This document shows positions 40,671-49,558 of a DNA stretch of 64,000 nucleotides, piece by piece. Each line of letters begins with the position of its first letter. The stretch's first letter is position 1. A program made the translations under genes and the position numbers. This DNA comes from Epithemia pelagica (taxonomy: Eukaryota > Protista > Bacillariophyta): assembly GCA_946965045.2 (NCBI GenBank), contig OX337232.1:1736001-1800000 (forward strand), in the 5' to 3' direction. A model generated the notes under the pieces. It did not search any database and was not told the DNA's origin. It was given only the letters and a program-made list of their open reading frames with translations.

Positions 40671-43481
40671 TCAAGTGTTCTTCTTGGCGTCGGCAAATGC
40701 TTTCTTGTAAAAGGCTGACATCGCCTGGCCCTTCCCATGCTCACGAGGGTCTGCGTGGCTGAAGGGGCATTGGTTACCATTTCGGCAATATTTCAAGGTA
40801 AAAAGCTTGTTGCAAAACGGACGGTCAACTCCTTCTACCGTCATATGAGGGATTTTCTCGAGCACGGATCGTGAGAAAACTCGGGAGTACTGGAGGTCGG
40901 TGGGAATACACCAGTCAGAAGGAGAGTCAAAGCGAACAATAGTGGGGGGAGGGGCGCTTGGATCGACAGTTGCTTTTCGTTTCTGCGAGTTCGACGAATG
41001 GTTTGTGGATGAATTCTTAGAAGAATCATTCTGTCCTCTTGCCTTGGCTCTGATAGCGGACTCAATGAACTTGGGAAGCATCTTGCAGATGTCTTCTTTT
41101 GATTTGATCTTGTCGCATAACTTGTTTATGTGGAAGTCCAACCGGTCACTACGGATATCCTCAACACACTTGGCGTCCTCAAGGTATATATCGATAAAGC
41201 GTTGGATGGCGAATTCGATCGAGAAAAGGACACGACACAAAAACGTTGGGTCCACGGCTTGACTGCTTCGGTAGATGTATCGATTGGAGAGTAAATGTTC
41301 AACCATCTTGTGGAGCTGCAACGCGACAAAACATTCGTTGTTCCAAATGGCACAAGCGAAAAGGTAGAAGGAACGAAGTTGAGTCTGGTATTCGTCACAG
41401 GAAAGTGGGCAGAAGAGCTTCTCGTTGACAAAGATGTCTCTCATGTCCTTTGTTGATAGTCCGTTGTCACTCCGCAAAGAGCTTTCATAGATAGCATGCT
41501 GGATGTGGTGGTCGAGAGCAAGGTGGGAATCTGGACCAGGGCAACAGTATGGGTCAAAGGAGAAAGGCGAGAAACCACTTGGGTGGTCGTTTCCTCGCCA
41601 ACGTAGACCAAACTTCTGCAACACACCACACTGACCAAAAAGGATATAACAAGCGTTATCTGATTTGCGGAAAACTCGAGCGTGAATCGTCGAGTAAAGG
41701 GTGTGGGTGCTCTTCTGATGAAATAGTTCGGTCGCGATCTCCGAGGGTGACGAGGGCAGCTCAAGGGAGGATGGACCGACTTGACCAAAGACAATAGCAT
41801 TCCGAAGGTAGGTGGTATGTTTGAAAATCTCTTTCTTTTCATCTTCTTTCTCACGGGTAATCTTTGAGGTATGTTTGGCAATGGCATCCGAAAAGTTTTC
41901 GACTAACTTCTCCGTCATGTAAATGGTGTCAGATGAGATTCCATTCGAGACATGGTGGTTCTGGGAGAACATCGGTGGCTGACCAATAGGAGGAACAACT
42001 GGGACGTTTGGGTTAATGGGTGGTAAAGGATCTTGAGGGATGGCTGCCTTTAAAGAAGGAAACAGTTTCGTCGTGTAGCATTCGAATGCCGTCAAAGCGT
42101 CAGTCGAGTTGGGAGGGACTTCGATAGCAATCGGTTCAGTACTAGAGTGCTTGTGGTAGGCAAACCAAAGAAACCGGAACAAGTCGTGGCTAGACTTGAT
42201 CAGCTCGTGGTACATTGGAAATGAGGTGCATTTCATCTGAAGCTCATGTGGGGTCGAAATCATCCAACGCTTGTTCAGAAACTTGAAGATGAGAGAGGCC
42301 AAAAATGGTGCGGTGCAACGAGAAGAGCTCAAGTCTTGTGAACCAAAGTGATCCAACAATAAACCGGAGATGGAAGGATGGAGGGGGAACAGACCTTTAA
42401 GAGCGAAGGTGGTCGCAGCCTCATCCTTGTCAGTCGTAGGTTTCTTGAGATTTCCAAAACGCAACAAATCAAATTTGAAGGATGGGAGAACGTTTTTGGC
42501 ACGGGACTTGGATGCAGACATGGCGTTCTCATCGATGCAACAAAACTTAATAATCTCGTGGGCGGTAGGAACATCGGGATACTCTACTGTCAAGAGGAGC
42601 GCGTCAATGTCTTCAGGGTCGATCCAAATAGGGGGAGAGCCGAATTCACGCTGGGACAAGCCAAGGAAAATCGGATCGGGATTCACGAAGTTTCCTGTAT
42701 TCGGGGCAACGATAAAGTTATGGACAATACGAATCTTGCCGCGATGGTCAACTCCCAAAAAGGCAAGGGGAGTCGAGCCCAAGTCGCAAGTGAGAAAGCG
42801 TTGGAATTTCTCAGCAGAAGAGACGGTATCAAACTTTTCGCAGAATTCAGTCCACGAATTGGGGAACTTATCCAAAGAGCGATGGAAAGGAGATACAAAA
42901 GCATCAGACCAATCTACAGGATCCATGGAATCGACTGTATTCAGACTCTCTTGGGGGAACGGGATGGGGAGACGGAAAAGATCGGAAGGACGGGACAGGG
43001 ATGTCGGCGTCTTGGTGTTGTCTTCGAATCCAATCTTGGGTTCGTGGTGTTTGGGCAAAGCCAAATCCTTTTTTGAAATCTTCTTATGGGTCGCCTTGTT
43101 GGAAGCGGAAGATTTCTTAGAGGTGTAGTTCGCCGGAGTAGTACCATCTTCATCCTGATCGGGACTCGATGAAGGTTTTGTCGTCTTCTTCGAAGTTTTG
43201 ACACTCTTAGAAGAACGGGACTCGAGACTTCCGGAACTACTCGAACGAGTGCGACGACGGCCAATGCCAGAGTCCTCGGGGACATCAGGAGGGTTACCGT
43301 CCAAGCTCAAAAGATCGTCATCGTCATTCGTACCGTAATGAGATTCGGGCTGGGAAGGCTGCGAGATAAACTGAGCCAAAGTGGCAGTCCCGTTGCCTTC
43401 AGTACCGCCAGAATCGGAAGGAGAAGCCGTGTCTTCCATGTTGGAAAACATCTCGTCGTCAAAGGCAGTAGTAACAGTCAT
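40671..43481 (-). CDS. ORF1/Gag-like protein with C-terminal CCCH zinc finger
   Basis: 936-aa intact ORF just downstream of A1; C-x8-C-x5-C-x3-H (CNKLFTLKYCRNGNQCPFSH). Confidence 0.88.
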   Translation of the reverse strand: MTVTTAFDDEMFSNMEDTASPSDSGGTEGNGTATLAQFISQPSQPESHYGTNDDDDLLSLDGNPPDVPEDSGIGRRRTRSSSSGSLESRSSKSVKTSKKTTKPSSSPDQDEDGTTPANYTSKKSSASNKATHKKISKKDLALPKHHEPKIGFEDNTKTPTSLSRPSDLFRLPIPFPQESLNTVDSMDPVDWSDAFVSPFHRSLDKFPNSWTEFCEKFDTVSSAEKFQRFLTCDLGSTPLAFLGVDHRGKIRIVHNFIVAPNTGNFVNPDPIFLGLSQREFGSPPIWIDPEDIDALLLTVEYPDVPTAHEIIKFCCIDENAMSASKSRAKNVLPSFKFDLLRFGNLKKPTTDKDEAATTFALKGLFPLHPSISGLLLDHFGSQDLSSSRCTAPFLASLIFKFLNKRWMISTPHELQMKCTSFPMYHELIKSSHDLFRFLWFAYHKHSSTEPIAIEVPPNSTDALTAFECYTTKLFPSLKAAIPQDPLPPINPNVPVVPPIGQPPMFSQNHHVSNGISSDTIYMTEKLVENFSDAIAKHTSKITREKEDEKKEIFKHTTYLRNAIVFGQVGPSSLELPSSPSEIATELFHQKSTHTLYSTIHARVFRKSDNACYILFGQCGVLQKFGLRWRGNDHPSGFSPFSFDPYCCPGPDSHLALDHHIQHAIYESSLRSDNGLSTKDMRDIFVNEKLFCPLSCDEYQTQLRSFYLFACAIWNNECFVALQLHKMVEHLLSNRYIYRSSQAVDPTFLCRVLFSIEFAIQRFIDIYLEDAKCVEDIRSDRLDFHINKLCDKIKSKEDICKMLPKFIESAIRAKARGQNDSSKNSSTNHSSNSQKRKATVDPSAPPPTIVRFDSPSDWCIPTDLQYSRVFSRSVLEKIPHMTVEGVDRPFCNKLFTLKYCRNGNQCPFSHADPREHGKGQAMSAFYKKAFADAKKNT

Positions 43482-43506
43482 CGTAGATCCAAAGTTGTTT
43501 TTGATT

Positions 43507-43673
43507 GTCTTAGTCTATCTATCTGTGTAGACCTCTCAAGATGGCAGTTGCAATGCTCGCAATCTCAAGAATTGTGAGCATGGACATCGCATCAAAGATG
43601 TCCAAGTCCGGTGGGGCTTGTCGTAGTCTATGTGCGATCAACTGCCCCGCTCCAACGTACGCACGACAGACAC
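43507..43673 (-). repeat. Split direct repeat A1 (5' end of the retrotransposon)
   Basis: 166/167 identical to 35973-36139. Confidence 0.97.
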
Positions 43674-44076
43674 ATGTCAGGCAGAGCTCGGAACGTGAGG
43701 AATGTGGGGGTAACCCTATCACCAGGAAAGAGCCTACAGATAAAAAGTTATGGGGACATGTACATCTGAGGGGGTGGGGGGTACGGGAATGCGAGGGGTA
43801 CAAAACACCGAAAATTACGGTAATCTCTGGATCTGTACGATTCGCGACTCCTTTCATGTTTCTTTCGGTCGCAGTTAATAAAGGTTCTCATTATTTCTCG
43901 CTGGCATCTGTTTCGGAAGAATCGAAAAATCTTGTCGATACTCGTATTCGGCATTTGTGTTAACATTTGAAGCCCGCCTTCTTTTCGTTTGTGAACAGAA
44001 AGTCACTGTTGTATGGTCCCTCATTGCCCCCTGTCTTCTCCTCAGTTGCATCAAGTGCACAAAGTCAAACGTCCAA

Positions 44077-45084
44077 ATGTCGGGAATTCTGTCTAATCGA
44101 TTATGGAACTCTGCACATCGAACAGTTCTCAATGGCAAGTTCAAGCCTGCCGGTTGCGGAAAGATACGACACCTGTCGAACAAGGCAAAGACGAAGACTG
44201 CTCTAGTTCTTGGATCATCTGGTGCTTTGGGCTCGTCTGTATCGCGGTGCCTATGCCAAAATATGAATATGAAGGTCGTTGGTGCTGATATTTTGGAGTT
44301 ACCACCAGAACTTTCTGATGATTGGATTTTGGACGGCTTCATTTCGCTCCCAGAAAATGCTCGACTGCCGGAACTGACTGTGGAACTGCAACGAGGAGTT
44401 CAACAATATTTGCGCGGCCAAAAGGACAGTGATCCTGATCAAGAAAGCTCGAACGGCATTGACGTTATTGTTGTGGCAAGTGGGGGCTGGGAAGGTGATC
44501 CGTCTCTTCTTTCCCCCAACCCAACAGGCGAACCTCTGTTGACGCAAGAAGAAGGTGAAAAGATGGCTTCGGCCGCAGAAAGCTACACCGAATCCATAGT
44601 TCGCATGCGACATATGAACCTGGACCCTGTCATTGCTGCTGGAGTAGTGGCTCAACATTTGTCTTCAAATGAAAACGGACTAATGGTTGTAATTGGTGCG
44701 ACAGCTGCCTTGTCCCCAACGCCTGGTATGATTGGATACGGGCTGGCAAAGGTGGCAACGCATCACTTGGTACAGACATTGGGAATGATGACGGCGGGAG
44801 GCAATCCTTTGGAACGCAAGGCTTTGCGTCAGCAAGCCTATTTAACCCGACAGCCACGTCCTTACATGTCTGTCGTGGGAATTTTACCAACGACGATCGA
44901 CACACCCAATAACCGTAGGGCAATGCCGAAAGAGGACTTTGATCAATGGGCAAAGCCAATGGATATTGCCATGGAAATTGGAAAATGGGCAGAGAATCCT
45001 ATTTTACGGCCTCATTCAGGTAGCCTTGTGAAGGTATCTGGTAAGCCCGGTGGTCAAGGAGCCAGTTTTGAAATCGTCTTCTAG
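44077..45084 (+). CDS. QDPR: Dihydropteridine reductase-like SDR
   Basis: ALVLGSSGALG, VASGGW, GMIGYGLAKVATHHL (YxxxK) and ILPTTIDTPNNRRAMP. Basic N-terminal extension suggests a mitochondrial presequence. Confidence 0.88.
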   Translation: MSGILSNRLWNSAHRTVLNGKFKPAGCGKIRHLSNKAKTKTALVLGSSGALGSSVSRCLCQNMNMKVVGADILELPPELSDDWILDGFISLPENARLPELTVELQRGVQQYLRGQKDSDPDQESSNGIDVIVVASGGWEGDPSLLSPNPTGEPLLTQEEGEKMASAAESYTESIVRMRHMNLDPVIAAGVVAQHLSSNENGLMVVIGATAALSPTPGMIGYGLAKVATHHLVQTLGMMTAGGNPLERKALRQQAYLTRQPRPYMSVVGILPTTIDTPNNRRAMPKEDFDQWAKPMDIAMEIGKWAENPILRPHSGSLVKVSGKPGGQGASFEIVF

Positions 45085-45323
45085 AAGAAAATAGCATTTG
45101 ATCAGTGTGTCGAGAAACTGGGAGCACTTTTCCTTTGGTCACGCAAGGGCGTTGTTTGTCGCCGACACCCATACGATTAGGAGCAGTAAAAGTAACTTGA
45201 GCTCCCACCATACGCAACATAAGAACATGGGCGTAGCTATACTTGGAGTAGGGAAAATAGAATATACCTTTCGGATAATTTGCTTGCATAAGGCAAAGAA
45301 TGAAAAACAAGAGACAAAAAAAC

Positions 45324-46706
45324 TTATTTCTGGTATGAAACAGGAAAAATAGATTCAACGAGCCATGATTCTACCCGAGCAACGGATTGCTTTTCAAAGA
45401 GTAGACCCAAGAAATGCGACCCGTTGGTGTGGATATGTTGAAGTTTGGGGGAAGTCATGCCTTTGTTCTGGAGAGCTTCTACCAACGCAAGTCCGTCATC
45501 CCGAAGTGGATCGGCTTCATGCGTGACGACCAGGATATTGGGCACAACAGTTTCGTCGTCCCACCCTTTCTCTGGCATGTTCAAAACAGGATTAACCAGT
45601 CTTTCGTAAGGGGTTGCTCTCCATTTTGAGGCCACCCAGGAATCATGGTTAGATCCAACTTTTTTCCTGTCTTCGAACGTCATTTCGGAATCGAGGACAG
45701 CCGCCGTCTCATTGGAATCCGGCAACCCCAAGTATGATTTCCAACACCAACGCAACCATTCAACTGATGCCATGCGAGAAGACTTTGAATTCAAGAAGTA
45801 GCTTGTTGAGCCTGTTCTAGGGTCCAACATAGGACATAAGATAAGAGATGACTTGACCAAGCCCGGAAAGAGACGCTGGCTCTCCATAGTCAAAACGGAT
45901 GCTAAATTACCACCAGCTGAAGATCCACATATATGCAACGGAATTTTCTCCGTTTGACTTTTGTGTGCACTTTTCATGATATCTTTCACGAACGAAAAGG
46001 CAACAAGGCTGTCTTCCACAGCGGTTGGGAAAGGAAAGTCTGGAGATAGGCGATATTCAACCGAAGCCAAGATGAGTGGTTTTTCGACCTGTTTGCTGGG
46101 CCGTGACAAAAAATCAATTCCATCACTGCCCTTGGTTGATCCAATCGTCAGCCCACCACCATGGAAGAAAACAATCACGGGAATTGTGGAGTTGTGTTGA
46201 AAGAATTTTGTAACGTCGAGATCCTGAATAGGTATGGTGCCGTTTTTGTTTCTGGTGGCACCAATGTTCTCCTTGTCTTGAAGCAATGTTGACGGGAACT
46301 GAAGAAGGATCTCCACAGTGTCAGGTAGGCTTGAAGAATCATCGATGGGTGCAACCTTTGCTTTGTCGCGTTCTGTGACAATTCCCCATTCCTTGAGAAT
46401 ATCATGTTTCCGAGGCACAGCAAATTTGTACTGCATAATATCGCATCCACCCAATGATTTGCACCATGCTTTCACAATAGGCGGTATTGTCCCGTCCGCT
46501 TGTCCATCATACGAATCGCGAAGAGTTGTCAACTTCTTCTGAAGATCCTTGTCGGGCTTTGATGCTGGGTATTTAATCAAAGAGTCGAGAGGCAAGAGGA
46601 ATCGAACCACAAGTTGCACAATTTTGTCCACGAACGAAACATGGGGATGGAACCAAAAGCTGTAGGGTTCTGTTCTACCGCTCTCTTTCGAACTTGAGAT
46701 TCCCAT
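45324..46706 (-). CDS. GDXG/hormone-sensitive-lipase-family alpha/beta hydrolase
   Basis: FFHGGG, VEYRLSP…FP, GSSAGGN (nucleophile Ser), ADPLRDDG and GSHF. MGISSS start resembles an N-myristoylation site. Confidence 0.9.
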   Translation of the reverse strand: MGISSSKESGRTEPYSFWFHPHVSFVDKIVQLVVRFLLPLDSLIKYPASKPDKDLQKKLTTLRDSYDGQADGTIPPIVKAWCKSLGGCDIMQYKFAVPRKHDILKEWGIVTERDKAKVAPIDDSSSLPDTVEILLQFPSTLLQDKENIGATRNKNGTIPIQDLDVTKFFQHNSTIPVIVFFHGGGLTIGSTKGSDGIDFLSRPSKQVEKPLILASVEYRLSPDFPFPTAVEDSLVAFSFVKDIMKSAHKSQTEKIPLHICGSSAGGNLASVLTMESQRLFPGLVKSSLILCPMLDPRTGSTSYFLNSKSSRMASVEWLRWCWKSYLGLPDSNETAAVLDSEMTFEDRKKVGSNHDSWVASKWRATPYERLVNPVLNMPEKGWDDETVVPNILVVTHEADPLRDDGLALVEALQNKGMTSPKLQHIHTNGSHFLGLLFEKQSVARVESWLVESIFPVSYQK

Positions 46707-47237
46707 TGTCGATCGTACCTTCAAATTTCTGGATACGGAAGATATGATGATGCGACACATGACGTGGACTTTCGGACTTGCTGGCTCGTCACGAGTCGGC
46801 CCAGTATCCATCCAGTGCATACTCTCTTCGCGCTGGCCCCGCCACCCCCCATTCAGCTTGCCCAACCACATTTCTCTCACATGCACTTGCCCTTTCTACA
46901 ACCTAGCTACTACGCCCTCTACTAAATACTCGTAAAATGATTCGAGGGTATTTTCCCGTCAAGATACGATTGCAACGGATGACCCCCTCCTACCTGACAA
47001 AAAAGAGAAGGGGCAAGCGGCGACCGGTCTCGGAAGTCGGAAAAGGTCATTGCACACCCCAATGTTTGCCTAGAGTGTACGGATAGGGACATCATAATCA
47101 TAACCCTCTTTAATCTGGGCATCGAAGACGTTGGTCAAACCATTGAACTTGTCCGTTGCCCCTTGAAATCCTTCGTCTGGAGATCTCGATGATTGAACAT
47201 TTCTGAGGTGGAAGCGCTTCTTGTAAATTGCTCTGCC

Positions 47238-49247
47238 ATGTCAGCGACCGCTGATACTTCTTTTGCAAACCATGCACTCGCATTATCTGTTCAACACTGG
47301 ATGGACTTGGGTCGAGGACAAGACCCTGTGACCGGAACTCCAGGTAGCATTGAAGAAGCAGCCATTCGAATCACCAACATCCTCATAATCCGCCTGATTG
47401 CCTTGCATCACAGCCACCGCGTGGAAGACTTGGCGACCAGTACAGTCGCTGTTGCTGTGATGAGCTCGCCAGAGTCATCCTTGTTGATGGAGCAAATTAC
47501 TCCGTCCCTTACATTGCAACTTGAGACCTATGTCACCTGTATGCTCTACGGATATGTTAACGAACTGCCCTTCCACAACTACCAACACGCTTATCACGTC
47601 TGTGTTTCAGCCAACAAATTCATCGAGTCAATATTGATCTCATCAGGCAACGGCAATCCATCTCAAAACGCTTTCGGTCTGGGATCCAACCCATTATCGC
47701 TGTTAGCACTAATTTTTGCGGCTTTGGTTCATGATGTTGGTCATACTGGAGTCTCAAACTTTCAGCGCGCCAAAGATGACCAACCATTGGCCGAAAAGCA
47801 CCAAGATCCGTCTCTTCACGAACATCACTCGTTGCACATTGCGTTTGACGAACTACTTAAAGACGAATATTCCGAGTTGCGTAAGGTCATGTTCAAAGAA
47901 CCATCTGACTACGAGACATTTCGGCAGCTGGTTTTTGATGCTGTCCTGTCCACAGACATTGCCAACCCGGCAAGGGCTGAAGAGGCCAAGCTCAAGTATT
48001 TTGATGCCTTCCCAATGGCTGGTTCAAAGGAAGGCCCTGCTGAAGAGATCAATCGACGTTCATCCATTGCAAGTAATATTTCCATGCCACGTGCCTCTAC
48101 GAAAGAGAATCGGCGGGGATCCGTGAGTAGTGTTAGTTCTGATATCACAATGGATAGCTACTCCATGATGAAGCATCAGAACAAGGTGACACGGAACACT
48201 GCAGTCACACTACAGGCATGGAGAGCGGCAAATGGTTCTAATCATAGCAGCCCCAAGAGACATTTGGCCCGACGGCACTCGATTGAAACCATTTCTTCCA
48301 ACTTCTCTGAATTCGCGGCCGATTCGATTCGAATGACGAGGGACCGGCCTGAACATGCAAGGCGATCATCGGTTGGTGGAGTGCCACAGCGACGTCTGTC
48401 GGCTTCGCACAGTACCGACACTGGATTAATGGGCATGGCGCTAGAACGTCGTCGAACCGACGGACTAGGGAAAGATTCAAAGTCGAAACGTCGTCCAAAG
48501 AGCAAGAGATCCAAAAGCCTGGACTTTGTCGGTGCAGGAGTAGGTGGAGATGCTGACGACCAGTATGATGGCGAAAGCAGCATCTCCATGACTCCTCCTT
48601 CATCGGACGACGAGTTTGACGGCGTAGTCATCACTGGAATAACTGGCGCGAAGGGTTCACCTCGTTTACCCATGAAAAATCCAATTATCTCCAGCGTGGA
48701 TATTGAATCATATGATATGATGCTGAACCCGCCGGTTTCGACCAAAACAGAACGAGACAATAGACGTATGACTCGCCGAGCAAGCAATGGCGGTGCCCCC
48801 GCAGCTAACATTGGCTCCATCCATGAAGAACAAGTAGTAAATGGAAACTTTGATGTTGGAAGGAAACCTAAAGACACCAAGTTTGGTGGCGGGGCAGCGG
48901 ATGATTTGCGAGCTGCCGTTTTGATCGAGCTTTGTCTACGTGCTTCGGATGTGGCTCATTGGTACCAAAGTTGGGACACCATGACTCATTTCAACCGGAG
49001 AATTTTTCAAGAATTGTGTAAGGCGAGCAATAATGGACGAGGGTTTGACCCACGTCCAAACTGGTTTGACAATCAAGCAAAGATTATGGAAACATACCTA
49101 CTCCCATTAGCAGAACAAATCGAATACCTTGACGTACTGCGGAAGGGATCTGGAATAGATCTGGTCGCGTCCCTGGAATCAAACAACGATCTATGGCTTG
49201 TAAAAGGATTTGATGTTGTTGAAACACTCAAGGCTGAGACAGACTGA
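47238..49247 (+). CDS. Class I cyclic-nucleotide phosphodiesterase (PDEase_I) with large internal insert
   Basis: PFHNYQHAYHV, AALVHDVGHTGVSN, HEHHSL, VLSTD, then LRASDVAHW…ELCK and DNQ. Start may lie further upstream. Confidence 0.88.
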   Translation: MSATADTSFANHALALSVQHWMDLGRGQDPVTGTPGSIEEAAIRITNILIIRLIALHHSHRVEDLATSTVAVAVMSSPESSLLMEQITPSLTLQLETYVTCMLYGYVNELPFHNYQHAYHVCVSANKFIESILISSGNGNPSQNAFGLGSNPLSLLALIFAALVHDVGHTGVSNFQRAKDDQPLAEKHQDPSLHEHHSLHIAFDELLKDEYSELRKVMFKEPSDYETFRQLVFDAVLSTDIANPARAEEAKLKYFDAFPMAGSKEGPAEEINRRSSIASNISMPRASTKENRRGSVSSVSSDITMDSYSMMKHQNKVTRNTAVTLQAWRAANGSNHSSPKRHLARRHSIETISSNFSEFAADSIRMTRDRPEHARRSSVGGVPQRRLSASHSTDTGLMGMALERRRTDGLGKDSKSKRRPKSKRSKSLDFVGAGVGGDADDQYDGESSISMTPPSSDDEFDGVVITGITGAKGSPRLPMKNPIISSVDIESYDMMLNPPVSTKTERDNRRMTRRASNGGAPAANIGSIHEEQVVNGNFDVGRKPKDTKFGGGAADDLRAAVLIELCLRASDVAHWYQSWDTMTHFNRRIFQELCKASNNGRGFDPRPNWFDNQAKIMETYLLPLAEQIEYLDVLRKGSGIDLVASLESNNDLWLVKGFDVVETLKAETD

Positions 49248-49558
49248 CGGATGTCCTAAGATACGTTCAAAACTCAGAGGACGCAATTCATATCGTTGAG
49301 ACCTTCCTCATGACTTGCTAGCTAGGACCATTGATGGCATGGATTATCAAACCGTTAACTCTCGTGACATTAAACAACTTGAGAATATCGAAGAAAACGT
49401 CCTCCAACTTTGAGTCACATAGGCTGGTGAGAATCCTTTACTCTCGGCAATCAGTGTGGTGAAATCATTTAATGACTCTCTTAACCCGTATTGAAATTCG
49501 CTTATAAGCCATACCTTCGTGAGTCCTACCATAAGGCGGGTAAAAGCTATGTACGAAA

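Larger units (their letters stand above)
31566..43673 (-). mobile_element. Tyrosine-recombinase (DIRS-order) retrotransposon with Ngaro/PAT-type split direct repeats A1-ORFs-B1-A2-B2
   Basis: Gag with CCCH finger, RT/RNaseH and YR ORFs on the minus strand. A1 43507-43673 = A2 35973-36139. B1 36140-36286 = B2 31566-31680 + 35923-35944. Confidence 0.93.
31293..43820. mobile_element. Non-autonomous Tc1/mariner(pogo)-like MITE, ~420 bp net, split by the YR retrotransposon (31293-31565 + 43674-43820)
   Basis: Left TA|CCGTAATT(TGTAATT)TTCGGTTTCCTGTACCCC; right end reverse-complement TA|CCGTAATTTTCGGTGTTTTGTACCCC. TA dinucleotides at 31291-31292 and 43821-43822. Confidence 0.8.

Noticed and set aside
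31566-43673. LTR retrotransposon or ITR-type DIRS1 element
   Set aside because: No integrase and no TG…CA LTR with TSD. The repeats are direct and split (A…B-A-B), not inverted with an ICR.
43519-43963. ORFs 43541-43963, 43519-43857 and 36007-36231 as genes
   Set aside because: They are read-throughs of the non-coding A repeat and appear identically in both copies.
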